A stretch of 64,000 nt of DNA. It comes from Hydrolagus affinis. Lineage: Eukaryota. Position numbers and translations under genes: made by a program. Each line of letters starts with the position of its first letter. Positions within the stretch are counted from its first letter, which is position 1. The stretch lies in NCBI GenBank assembly GCA_012026655.1, contig JAAILG010001296.1:1-64000 (forward strand). Reading direction: 5' to 3'. The notes under the pieces were generated by a model. The model saw only the letters and a program-made list of their open reading frames with translations. It was not told where the DNA came from and did not search any database. Positions 11,896 through 24,535 of this stretch are shown piece after piece.

Positions 11896-14346
11896 ATGCA
11901 AGCCTTCCCTACGTTTTTCCTGCTTTGTGTCTGGAATATCGTGAACGGACAGATTCGCTACTCCATCCCTGAAGAATTGAAACACGGCACTTTCGTTGGG
12001 AATGTCGGTAAAGACGTGGGACTGAATGGAGGAGAGCTGCCTGGTCGGAGGCTCGGGATCATGTCTGCCACAAGGAAACGCTATTTAGAGATAAATGAGG
12101 ATTCTGGTATTTTGTTCGTGAATGAATTGATAGACCGGGAGCACCTCTGCGGGCGGAGCCCTGCTTGTTTTGTGAATGTTGAAGTGGTTGCGGAGAACCC
12201 CTTGGAATTATACCGCGTGGAAGTGGAGATATCAGACATAAATGACAATCCTCCCGGATTCCCAAGCGATGAATTCCGTTTGGAAATCATGGAGTCGGCG
12301 CCGCCGGGAACTCGCTTCCTCCTGCAGAGCGCGCATGATCCAGACGTGGGCGTCAATTCCATCCACCATTATCGCTTGAGTCCAAATGAGCATTTTGTTT
12401 TGGAAGTGCAGAGCAGCGGTGATGGCAGCAGACATGTCTACTTGGTGCTGGAAGACCACTTAGATCGGGAACAGAAGGCTAGTCATCACCTGGTACTGAC
12501 TGCCGTGGACGGCGGGACGCCAGAGCGATCTGGGACCACCCAGGTAATCATCAGTGTCCTTGATGTCAACGACAATGCTCCTGTGTTTGATCGGACCTTC
12601 TACACAATAAACCTAAAAGAAAGCGTACCAGTAGGCACAATAGTTACCAAACTAAACGCCACCGACCTGGATGAAAATATGAATGCAGAAATAACGTACT
12701 CTTTCAGTAGCCTCACCCCAAAGAGGGTTGGAGAACTTTTCAGTGTAGAACCCAAAACAGGCGAGATTAGAGTAAAAGGAGCGATAGATTTTGAAGAAGC
12801 CAATGTTTATGAAATCATCGTGGAAGCCAAGGACAATGGTGCAATCCCCGTGCATTGCACTGTCCGAATAAACATCGTAGATGTAAATGACAATGCTCCG
12901 GATTTGACTATGATATCAGTGTCTAACACAATCCCAGAGGATGCAGGGATCGGAACTGTGATAGGGTTGATCAGTGTGAGCGATCAGGATTCCAGTGATA
13001 ACGGTCGGACGAGTTGCAGAATCCCTTCCAACCTGCCATTCGAACTGAAGTCCACTTTTATCAACTCGTACACGCTGGTCACAAGTCGTGCAATGGACAG
13101 AGAAACTGTAGCAGAATACCAGATTGACATCTCATGCCGGGACATGGGATCTCCCGCTCTGTCCAGCAACGCGAGCATTCAAATACAAGTGTCAGACATC
13201 AATGACAACCCCCCTCGCTTCTCAGAGAATCCTTACACTCTGCAGATAATGGAGAACAATCCTCCTGGGGCTTCCATCGGCTCAGTCTCTGCTTTAGATC
13301 CTGATGGGGGACAGAATGCTCACCTTTCCTACTCAGTCCTGGAGAGCCAAGTTGTGGGAATGCCCGTTTCCTCCTTCGTCTCCATCAATTCACACAACGG
13401 CATCGTCTTTTCCCAACGTTCCTTCGACTACGAAGAACTCAAGAACTTCCAGATCCACGTTGGTGTGCAGGATGCTGGGTTCCCCCCGCTCAGACGGAAC
13501 GCTACAGTGAAGGTTGTCATTCTGGATCAGAATGACAACGCTCCTGTAATCATGTCGCCCCGGGTAAAGAATGGTTCCGGATTAACTATACCGCGATCAG
13601 CAGACTCCGGCTACTTGGTGACCAAGGTCGTGGCAACGGATGCTGATTCCGGGCAGAACGCACGCCTGGTCTATCAACTGGTTGGAGCCTCCGATCGGAC
13701 TCTTTTCACCATTGGCAGTAACTCTGGAGAAATTCGAACAATTCGCCCACTCAGAGACAAGGACGCCAGCACCCAGGCGTTAGTCATCCTGGTGAAGGAC
13801 AACGGACACCCATCATTATCTACAACCACCACCGTCTGGCTCAACCTGGTAGAGGTTGAGACGGAAGTAGTTTCTGGCGTGCCACCCAAACTCCAACCCC
13901 ACCAGGAGTCATCGGAGACAGCCTTTTATATCATTATACCTTTAGCTACCATCACAATGGCGCTGTTGGTAGCTCTCATTGCCCTTGCTATCGCCATTTG
14001 TCACACCGACAGGAGTGCTGCTGGCGGCTCAGGCTGCTGTGTGACCTGGTGCTGTTGTTTGGGGCGGAGGCATTCGGACGAGAGGTTTCAAAACCCCACC
14101 CTGAACTTTCACGCAGTGCCGAACTCCAGGCTGGTCAAAAATGTGGTTGAGATCCGTGGAACCGGTGGCCTGGCCCAAACGTACAGCTACACCATACGGT
14201 CGGTTCCTGGAATGATTAGAAACGATTCGAAATTGCCTCCACCTTTCTGTGCGGTGCCTGTCAGGAATCAATCCCACGATGCTGACAGATATCGCTCAGA
14301 GTGGAATGTGAAGGGAATGAACAACGCATCACATTTCCCTGATCAG
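11896..14346 (+). CDS. cPcdh variable exon A4 (817 codons)
   Basis: The first ATG in the frame (11896) gives MQAFPTFFLLCVW, matching paralogue signal peptides. Six EC repeats and TM. Donor CAG|GTGAGT, phase 0. Confidence 0.95.
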
Positions 14347-15139
14347 GTGAGTCACCTAACCCAAAGACCAATTAAAATAACTGCCTCAGCAATGATTCCC
14401 GAATACACGCTTCTTGCATTTCGCTGGCGTCTTTGTCTGGGACAGTCAAACACCAAACAGTGGACTAGACATTGTAAATATATCCTACAATTTTTTTCTC
14501 CTCCAATATTACATTCCAATGCCCTCTATACCCGTCTTCTCCTCTAGGTGGAGACTCATACAGGAATATGATTCCAGTGAAGTACTGCTAAGCTTTACTT
14601 CCCCAACTGGACAATCTTCATGTGTGAACCTGGACTGTGAGTGCAATCGTGTATTGAACTATGAGTCAGTTCTCACCTAAGATCTAGCCAACCAGTAGGC
14701 TTTACTGGATAATTAATGAGGATTCAGAATCCTGAATCTGGGTGCTAAATCCAATTATCTTGCTTCTACTACGAGAAAATGAGATTAATAGTATCTATTT
14801 TTGGAGAGGTTCACATGAACAAAGAGTTGGTCAGATGGGTACCAGCAATGCATCCAAATGCTTAAGAGTATTCACACCAACCTGAGAGTTCCATGCATTC
14901 CACCAGTATATGAGAATTTAAGAGATATTTATTGGAATAGAATGGGTACTCTCTCCCTGGAGAGATACAGTCTGGTTACCTAATTCTGGAAGGTATTAAG
15001 CACAGGTTGCCACAGTGGGTGGCCTCACGTCTGACATTTCATTGCCAAACATGGCACCTTGGTTTGCGGGGGAGGGGGAGAAAATATTGTCTTCAAACAA
15101 GAGCATGTCAAAGAGCCATGAGAATGAATGATTATAACA

Positions 15140-15745
15140 ACATCTTGCACATAATTATATAGCGCCCTGTATACTGGGTAGCATCTCAGAATGGTAACAG
15201 TGGTGGAGCCTGACTCCAAGCTATGAAGGGGTGGGGTAGGGGGAGAGAGGGGGAGGTTGCTGTAAGCATGGTCAAAGAATTTCAGGTTGGACTTGAAAAG
15301 GGGACCAGGTAGAGCGATTGTTGGAGTGTTCCAGTGTTTGGGGAGTTTCCAGAGTGTCTGAAAGCTCGGCCTTCAATGGTGGAGTGAAGGGTGTGAGGAA
15401 TGAGTTGGTGGCCAGTCCAGTTGATTAGAGGCTTCGGGTGGTGGTTTGGGGAATGAGGAGGTCAGAAAGGTAGAGAGGAGCCAGTGAGTGAGGGATTTGA
15501 ATGTGAGTGTGAGGATCTTGAAGTTGATTTGTTTGGTGATGAGGAGTCAGTGGAGCCAGAACTGGTGAGATGTGGGCACAGAGTTTCGGCCTGGTTTGTA
15601 CCCTGCAGAGTTCTGAATCAGCGGATCTTTTGGTTGGTGGAGCATGTGAGACCGGTGAGGAGTGCATTTGAGTAATGCAAGCAGGAGTTGATAAACACAA
15701 GCATGAGGGTTTCAGCTGCATCTACGGTCGGAGATGGGCAATGTG
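15140..15745 (-). mobile_element. L2-like LINE 3' fragment
   Basis: The minus strand has degraded ...LAPLTPHHQTNQLQDP (frameshifted LHWLP..RI.FKIL region) and an L2-type tail ending GGCGCTATATAA. Boundaries approximate. Confidence 0.55.
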
Positions 15746-15914
15746 GATTATTCTGAAGTTTTAACTTGATTACTTAGGGGAATAACAAGTATGCATGCAA
15801 CATATTGCCACAGAAGATAAGAACCCAGAGAAACAATGTCTATGGCAGGCAGTTTGTGTTGGGAATGTTAGTGCTGGAAAACATAGAGTTAACAATCCCG
15901 GCAACAACCACATT

Positions 15915-16470
15915 ATAATAAAAACAACAGCAAATTAGATTGTATTGCACGTTTCAGATTGTGAGGATGTTTTCCCAACCCTAGCTGGGGGTCAGGGATG
16001 GTGGAGGGTAGTTGGGAAAGGAGGGTGATTGAAGACAGTCGAAGAGGAGAGCTATGAGATGGGGCTTGAAGAATGCAGTGGGTGAGACAGAGGGATTGCG
16101 GGATGGAGTTCCAGAGGGTGGGGCAGAGTGGCTGAAGTCTTGCCTGCCGATGGTGGGGTGGATGAGGTGTGAGATGTGAAGCAGGCCAGATCCTGCTGAG
16201 CAAAGGGAGCAGACAGGTTGGTGGGGGATTGGGAAGATGCAGAGATAAAGGGAGCAAGGGCATGGAGAGTTTTGAGGGTAAAGAAAAAGATCTTGAACTG
16301 TATCCTCTGTGTGATCGGAAGCCAGTGGAGTGGCGCAAGAGTAACGGAGATAGTGTCATGGGGCCTGGTGCGGGAAAGGACATAGGCTGCAGAGTTCTGG
16401 AAAATCTGCAGTCTATTGAGGGAGCAGTTGGGGAGGCTGATAATCAGAGAGCTTAGCATACATTAGATGT
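15915..16470 (-). mobile_element. L2-like LINE ORF2 C-terminal fragment and 3' UTR
   Basis: ORF 16052-16459(-) reads LNRLQIFQNSAAYVLSRT..HDTISVTLAPLHWLPITQRIQFKI, typical of the L2 ORF2 C-terminus. Confidence 0.8.
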
Positions 16471-18339
16471 ATTAAGGGGTGGATGAATCCAGATTTGAGC
16501 CCTCTCGCATTTACAGTACAGCTCAATCTCACACTAAGGTATTGTTGCCCTAATCGAAAGCTAGGGCTGAACAGTGGAGATTGATACGTTTGAAGTTTTT
16601 GAAGCTTGCTTGTTTATGCTTGGGGGATTGAATGCACAGAATATTCATGGTCCAGTGGAAAAAAAATCGATAGACGTTATTTCATTCTTCAAGATTTCTT
16701 AAGCTTTTGTTTTTTTTAAAAAGAGTTTATTCATCCCCTGCACTACTAATCTGCTTTGATAACATATTTTTTATAACTCAACAAATGGTACTGATCATGA
16801 CTCTCTCAGTGATTCCAGACAACCCACTCCATCCGGGTTGGCATTTGATTTGAAAGAGATATGTGTAAATCCTGTACTCCTCGACATTGTATAACATTCA
16901 GAAATGTTGTAACTACAGAATCGTTCCTGAGTTTTTAACCTTTTCAAAATGACTAGAAAATCTTCAACCCTGTTATTAGCTGGAGAACTGGATCACAATT
17001 AAGGTGTAGAATTGCCATTTAATAGATCATGTTATCGCTAACCTGCCTTTTAATCAAATCCTAATCTTATTGTTATTAAATGTTTGTTCGGTTTCCCACA
17101 AGTCTTATTTAAGGCAGCAGGGCAGGATTATAGAACACGTTTCTTCTCCATTGGTCATCAATTATTGTCGCCTTCCCCAATATACTTTTCCCTTGTGAAA
17201 TGAATACTGGAGACATGACTGTCGTGTTGCAATATCCCCGAGTGACAGGTGCTTTGTCTGTCTGGACTGGAACACATCCTGCAGGAATTGTGTCTGACTA
17301 AGCTGTCGACATTATAATGAGGCATTTTGCTGTACAGCCAAGGTGTGGAGAAGCAATGAAGTACTGTATTTATTCTGATTAACCACAGGAGTGTCAGAGG
17401 CGAGATCCGAGCAGGCAACACACAAACGTTAAAGTTCAGATGAAATTAAATCTGCTGCAGCCCAAAGCTTGTGAAAAGAGAAATTAATTTTCCAATGAAC
17501 ACTTTCGCTGCTGTTCTTGTCTGAACCATTGCTCGTGTGTGGAATACTTAATAAACCGTGTGTGATAGCATCACACAGTTCTGCTCGTTTTGGCAGGATT
17601 TTCGCTGCCCGCCCCCATCCCCCTCCAAATGCCATTCGCAGATTGGCTGCAATGTGCTAAGGAACAGCAATTTGCTAAGTGGAATCAAGCGGGTTGTTAT
17701 TTAAGTTACAATTTTAACAAAGATTAAGGGGCTATTGTAATGTATTTTCTCCAGGCATTCTAATGTTCGTGAAACGAAGTAGCAATATCTAAGATCATGC
17801 AAGACAGTTATAATGGAAGACAATTGATTGCTCTGCATAACACGTGTGTCATTAGCAACTATCTGTGAAAATTGAACCGGGAGGCACACATGTAACACAA
17901 AGCCAAGACATGTTCCCAGGCGCGATTTGTTCATGTCAGCTACTTTTAAAGTAAAAATAAGGACGGATTTTGAAAGAGTTAAAGGTTAAAAAAATTTCAA
18001 TACGGATTGCACATGGTGTGGGGTGGGAGGTGGGGGCGTGGGGGGGCGGTGGGATGGGGTGGAGAAGGAAGGGTTTCGACCTCCCCCTCAAAAAAAATTA
18101 TGTGGACGTTTCCTCCATTGTAATCACAGACATCTGACGGATTTAAAGCAGCAGTTACATTTCATTGGGCTTTTTTTGAATTAAAACGTTAGTCCTCCCC
18201 ACCTTTTCGAGGAAATCGTCAGCATATGGCAAAGATTATTCTCGTCTGGTTCCAGAGAAATTGTTTCCATTTGCTGGAATAATATGGCAAAGGACAACTT
18301 CCGCACTTTTGGCGCAGTCCAGCTTTAACAAGGATACGA

Positions 18340-18381
18340 TGCAATTATTGGCTGGGACTCTTTGTGTCGCTGTGTACCAAT
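18340..18381 (+). promoter_or_regulatory. Pcdh promoter CSE plus CCAAT
   Basis: TGCAA-N12-ACTCTTTGTGTCGCT-GTGTA-CCAAT, about 297 bp before the ATG at 18660. Confidence 0.85.
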
Positions 18382-18659
18382 GAGGTACTCAAACACTGCT
18401 CCCAGTCCCACCTCTTTCCCCCCAGCTAACACGTACAGCAAAGATTCGGAAAGAAGGAAAGGCAGGGGTTTGGTGTGTTTACATCCATCGCTGAAAAAAA
18501 CAGCCATGTTTTTCAACACAGTGTTGCTCAACTGCTTAGGAAGTGCTTTAAGCCTTAACTAGTTCAATCGGATATTAAACTGGATACAGGTGGTCGCCGT
18601 GTTTTCTCAGTTTGCATTGGCAACAACACTCCGAATGCAAGGATTAGCTCGGACAGAGA

Positions 18660-21104
18660 ATGCAAGCGTGGTCGTTGGTTTTCCTGCTTTGTATCTGGGA
18701 GAATGTCTCTGGACAGATCCGCTTTTCGATTGCTGAAGAACTGGAATACGGCTCCTTGGTTGGGAATGTCGCTGAAGGTTTGGGGTTAGACATAAGGGAC
18801 CTGGCGAGTCGCACGCTCCGCGTTATGTCTGAGGCGAGCGAACGGTATTTTGATGTCAACTTGGAAACTGGCGATTTGTTTGTGAGTACTAAAATAGACA
18901 GGGAGAAGCTGTGCGGGCAAAGCGCCAAATGTTTCCTCAATAATGAAATCGTGGTCGAAAACCCCTTGACCCTATACAGCGCGGAGGTAGAGATATTGGA
19001 TATCAACGACAATGCCCCCAGTTTCCCTAACGGTGAGCTCCAATTGGAGATGGTGGAATCGGTTCCTCCGGGAACTCGCTTCTTGTTGCCCAGCGCTTAC
19101 GACCCAGACGTGGGAGTTAATTCCATCAGGACTTATCACCTAAGTCCGAATGAGCACTTCTCGCTGGAAGTTCAGAATAGTAGTGACGGCGGGATAGTGG
19201 CGGAGCTGCTGCTCAAGAAGTCTTTGGACCGAGAAGAGGTTGGGACGCATCGATTGCGCCTGACAGCCGTCGATGGCGGGATTCCGGAGCGGTCCGGCAC
19301 GGCTCAGTTTGTTATTACCGTGCTCGACGTTGACGACAACTGGCCGGTGTTCGGTCAGACCGTCTATCGGGTCAGTTTGATGGAAAACGCACCAGTGGGG
19401 GCTTTGGTCATCAAACTCAACGCCACTGATTTGGACGTAGGTCCCAATGCGGATATCACATATTCCTTCAGTGACCGCACCCCCCACAGAGTGCGTGACC
19501 TATTCAGCCTGGGACCCAAAACAGGGGAGATGAGGGTCAGAGGCGTGTTGGATTTCGAAGAGAACAATCTTTACGAGATCAACGTCGCGGCTAAAGACAG
19601 CCTCCACTTTGCGGTGTGTAAAGTGATGGTGGAGATACGTGATGTGAATGACAACCCACCCGAGATGACGCTGATGTCGGTGTCCAGCCCTATCCCGGAG
19701 GATGCACAGATCGGCACCATGATCGCTCTGATCCGCGTAACCGATCGGGATTCCGGTCCAAACGGCCACGCCGAGTGCCGCGCCCCACACCATGTGCCAT
19801 TCGAGCTCAAGGCCTCGCTGAAGAACACTTACACCCTGGCTACCAACCGTGCCCTGGACCGGGAAACGGAGCCCCAGTACAACATTCAGATTGTCTGTCG
19901 AGATGAAGGGACCCCGCCTCTCGTCACCAACAAAACCATTCTGGTCGAGTTATCCGACGTCAATGACAACGCGCCACGTTTTCCCCAGGCTTCCTATACC
20001 GTCTATGTGCAGGAGAACAGTCCACCGGGAACTTCCATGGGTTCTGTTTCTGCCCTGGACCCAGATCAGGACCAGAACTCCCACTTGTCATATTCAGTCC
20101 TGACCACCCAGATTAATGACATGCCTGCATCAGCCTATGTCTCCATCAGCTCAGCCAATGGTGTCCTCTATTCCCAACGCTCCTTTGACTATGAGCAACT
20201 CAAGAACTTTCAGATCCTGGTCCAAGTTCAAGATGCTGGAATGCCTCCACATGATAGCAACACAACCCTGAATGTAATAGTTCTGGATCAGAACGATAAT
20301 GCACCTGTCATCATTTCTCCATTGACAACCAATGGCTCCAAAATAGTCCTCCCTCAGTCTGCAGACCCAGGTCACTTGGTGACCAAAGTGGTGGCCACTG
20401 ATGCCGATTCTGGCCAGAATGCACGGTTATTGTTTCAGCTCCTCCAGGCGACTGATCCGAGCCTGTTCACCATAACCCACAATTCTGGGGAAATCCGGAG
20501 CACTCGTCGATTTTCAGAGAACGACGACTCCATTCAAAAGCTTCTTGTCCAAGTGAAAGACAATGGGCATCCACCTCTCTCTGCAACTGTCACCATTATT
20601 GTGTCAGTGACAGATGCTGCCGGAAAAACTCTTTTGGGTGAAACTGAACAAACCAGCGACTTGGGGAAGGCGTCCAACTTGGCATTTTATTTAATAGTCA
20701 CGTTAGCCTCAACCTCTTCCATTCTACTGGTGATTCTCATTGTCCTTATTGTCACCATGTGCCACTGTGACAGCAATTGGTCTGAGTGTTGCAGTTCTTC
20801 CTCCTCGTGTTGTGGTCTCAGTCGCTGGAATTCCAGTGATCCATTCCCAAATTCTCACTTGTACTTTCAGACAATGCCAGACTATAAAGGAACCCCACAG
20901 TTTGTTGAGCTGGTTGGGAATGGCTCCCTCTCCAGAACATATACTTATAAAGTTCGGTCCGATCCCTTATCACGTAAGGGAGATTTTGTCTTTTTAGCAC
21001 CATATAGTACAGCAACCCTACAAAATGACTCTGCAAATACAGAAACGCTTCTTGCAGAATGGAGAGGGGAGATGGCAAATAAATGGACTAATGTACCAAA
21101 TGAG
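18660..21104 (+). CDS. cPcdh variable exon A5 (815 codons), last before the constant region
   Basis: Signal peptide MQAWSLVFLLCIW, QIRFSIAEE, six EC repeats and TM. Donor GAG|GTGAGT, phase 0. Confidence 0.96.
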
Positions 21105-21522
21105 GTGAGTGGTACAAACTAAGAGCTGAAGAGCTAAATTTCTCTCAAGGAATCTGAGAAAGGTGGTAAGTGGTGAGAACTTGATAAACCAGCTTATTTA
21201 ATAGCTTCATCAATGTATTTGCAAAATCTATTCTATTAAGTTTCTAATTAATATAAGTCTATGACTATCAATCAGCAATGGACACTTTCAAGATTAGGGT
21301 CAATAGGAAGGTTCATATCTGATATATGTAATGTTAATATCTGTTGATTTGGCAGGACAGGCAAAACTCACTGAGTGAGAAAATGTGTGTTTGTTAGTCA
21401 ATAATAACATTTTGTTGAGTGGAATATATAATGCTTCCTTGCAGTGTGAGTTCCTTTAATGTTCTTTATTGTCCGATGGTTTATTGATTTTATTTACAGT
21501 TTATACATATGTATATTTACAG

Positions 21523-21581
21523 GTAGGACAACTGAACACAGACTGGCGTTCTTCAGAACCTTACATAGCGTCAAAGATCAG
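21523..21581 (+). CDS. cPcdh constant exon 1 (59 nt)
   Basis: tttacAG|GTA GGA...ATC AG|gtattg, encoding VGQLNTDWRSSEPYIASKI. The NTDWR motif, 59-nt length and phase 0-2 match alpha/gamma constant exon 1. Confidence 0.92.
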
Positions 21582-22031
21582 GTATTGTATTTCATCTTTG
21601 TTTAGTTCAATTTGGGCAGCTGCTGTTGACCTTGGCTCTCCTGGATGTCAAGGTTTAAAGTATCTGATTGGAATCTAGTGGCCTCTGTTGGAAAGGACTA
21701 TGTTGGGCATTGAATAACTGGGTTGTGTTGGTTTTGTAAGAATCAAATTATCTGGTAACACTTCATTTCAGTTTCATAGTAATCCAGTAACAGGTGTAGG
21801 TCATTTAGCTTGATTAGCCTTTTCTGCCATGTAAAGCTTGGCTATTTGATTGGGATATTGTTGTGCTGTTTATTAAACTATCTCAGCTGGAGTCTTGATT
21901 TAAGGAGGGGAGAGAAGGAAAGGAAGATAATTGCAAAATAAAACCTCAAAATTAACATCATGTCAATGTTCTCATATGGTTATTTCTGATTATAAATAAT
22001 TTCAAATGTTGTTTTGCTTTGTTTTTCCCAG

Positions 22032-22117
22032 CTCCCAGTACTTGGAAGAAAACCTAGCCCAAGATGAAATTAAACGAGAATTCAACAGGCGACACACGGC
22101 TATCACTTCAGCAGCAG
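22032..22117 (+). CDS. cPcdh constant exon 2 (86 nt)
   Basis: gtttttcccAG|C TCC CAG...GCA GCA G|gtgagt, encoding (S)SQYLEENLAQDEIKREFNRRHTAITSAA. Phase 2-1 joins exons 1 and 3 in frame. Confidence 0.88.
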
Positions 22118-24189
22118 GTGAGTGTTCGAAACAAGGAGGAAACTATTCATACATTGTACATGATACAAGTGTTCATCATTTCACCACGTAAATTCAAGTT
22201 GTCTAGATTCAGGTATAGATTTATGTGTGTGTATTTAGAATTATTCAACCCTAAAATTGATCAGTTTCTTTCCAGCATTACTAACAGTGATACCATTAAA
22301 ATCTGTATATGAAGTTAGCTGATACATCAAAGTGTTCTGAGAAATAATAATTAAACAAAATGGCAATAAATGTCTTTAGATAGATACAGATGCAAATAAT
22401 TATGAGACATAACAAAAAGTATTAACTTTTTTATAATATTCAAAAATATAGACATGTGCATGTAAAATTAATGCAGAAGTTATTACAGACAGAATAACTG
22501 CATTTTTGCTGCAGTAAAGCTTCTGCTCTCATCAACACAATAAAATTTAGTTCAAAGGAATGTTATCTGTTACCATGGTTTGATCTCTTGGATGTTTACT
22601 GCTCATATGCCACTCAACCTAAAATGTACATGAAGAAAATATAAACCTCACCCAAGATTATGTGTGCTCTCAAATGATAATTCCAGATGCCTTGCAAAAG
22701 TCCTGATATGAAAGCAGGGATTTTGTTTCTATTGTGTTAAACTTGAAATTTCACTATCTACATTGAAAATATGTTTTACAGTATGTGTTAATACATTTAA
22801 AATGAATGTGTCTTATTTGTTCCTTCTGATTTGAGAAAAATACAAATAGCAAGTTTATTTGCAACAAAATGTACTTCAAGGCACAGTGCCTGGAGCTATT
22901 TATATATTTAACTGGTTATTGTTAAGAAGATTAGGTGGTATTTGCAATTATTTATAGGAAATATAAACTCCCACCTTAAGCTGTCATACTATTTACTTTA
23001 TGTGTGGTTAACCTGTTGGAGGATGGATATACTTTCTCCTATTCGTTCCGTTTGAACTTTCGTGTCATATTAATATCATGGTTACATAACAAAAACTATA
23101 AATCCACAGTGAAATCCTTTGAAGCTGAATTTTGAATATTTCTGAAATCAGCAATCTATGAAATGTCAACTGGATATTTAATTTATATTGATTGCTCCCT
23201 AATTTTCAGTAATGCAGAATATTATCATCATCAGTCTTACTTTGGTGCTGAGTAGTATCTAGATGGATGGACAGGGACTTGTAAAAATGAAGTGAAGCCA
23301 GAAGAATGGCCCATTAAAGCAGAAAAAACTATAATTTAATGCAGGGTTGCATTTAAATATGTACTTATCACCCTTACTGGAAGATAAAATGTAAGTTTCA
23401 CCCTTCGTATTTTCAAGGGAATTGAATGGAAATATTTAATCATTATTATAGAGTATAATTAATATGAATAGACAGCAAATATCCTTGGGCATTTAACCTT
23501 GAGCAGAGTATTGGACAAAAGTTCCGAACCTTCCCATTAAAATAGCCATAGCTGGCTCCTTTGGAAAAATATGGAACTTAGAGCTTAACTATTATCAGAC
23601 CTTATGGCTATGTTGTACTAGAAGCATATATTTAATGTTAATAAGTGTGTTAGCGATGTGAAAACTGACTGTATAGAGCTCCATGGTTTTGGATTAATGC
23701 AAAATATAGTTCTATTAATTGATTCATGAATTCTATTAAAATGTTGAACATTACCAAAAAAATGATTGCTCCATTGACATTGGTAATATACAAATGACTT
23801 GTGAAGTTGCTAAAATTCAGTTTGCATTTAGATTTTGGATTTTTAAGCACAATTATAACACAGTTTCTATACTGATGTGATATGAATTTAACTACAGATG
23901 AACATAGAAATTGCAATGCAATTACTTATTGACAATATTCCCAAGGTTGCACAATAGAAAATTGGAATATTTTAAATTTACTTTGTTGGGTGAAAATGAA
24001 ATATTTTATTGCATGCTTAGATAAGTTATTACCTTTTGATTTAAGGATTTTTTTTTAAGACAGAAAGTGCCTCTGTTGTGCCTAATAATTTTTTTTTACA
24101 AATGTGACTCCCAAGTACACAGCATTGACAAATAATTTGGTTAAAATCCCCTAAAAAATACTTGATTGATGAGCATTCTGAGACTGAAT

Positions 24190-24535
24190 AGATTGTCTCA
24201 CAGGAATTGAATGTTGTTCTTTAGGTCCAAACTCAGTCCAGACTGGTGGAATGAAAGATGTCTTTCTTTTGGCCAAATAGTTCTTAAGTGACATGAATTT
24301 TATCAGTCTCAGTCAGTTCTTTAACCATTGTGCTGTCAGGGTATGAAATCTGCCTGGAATTGTGCATTAGTGGACACCAAATTCAGTTTCTCGCTGAGGA
24401 TTGTTGACTTAGACACATTATATGCAACACAAAATTGAACTCCATGCCAAGGGAATTGTGAATTGGTGGATGGAAGAAACTTCACACTTCATGTAGTGAA
24501 TATTGTCTCTGAGTTCAGGTGCTTGGCATTGGGAG
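24190..24535 (+). mobile_element. Ancient LF-SINE-like relic
   Basis: Blocks GTCCAAACTCAGTCCAGACT..GAAAG, GTGACATGAAT..AGTCTCAGTCAGTTC and GAATTGTGCATTAGTGGACACC resemble the LF-SINE consensus in order. Recognised by eye and highly diverged. Confidence 0.4.

Noticed and set aside
14347-14547. Read-through C-termini after the variable-exon donors
   Set aside because: They are unrelated between paralogues and follow consensus donors, so they are treated as intron. Unspliced isoforms cannot be excluded.
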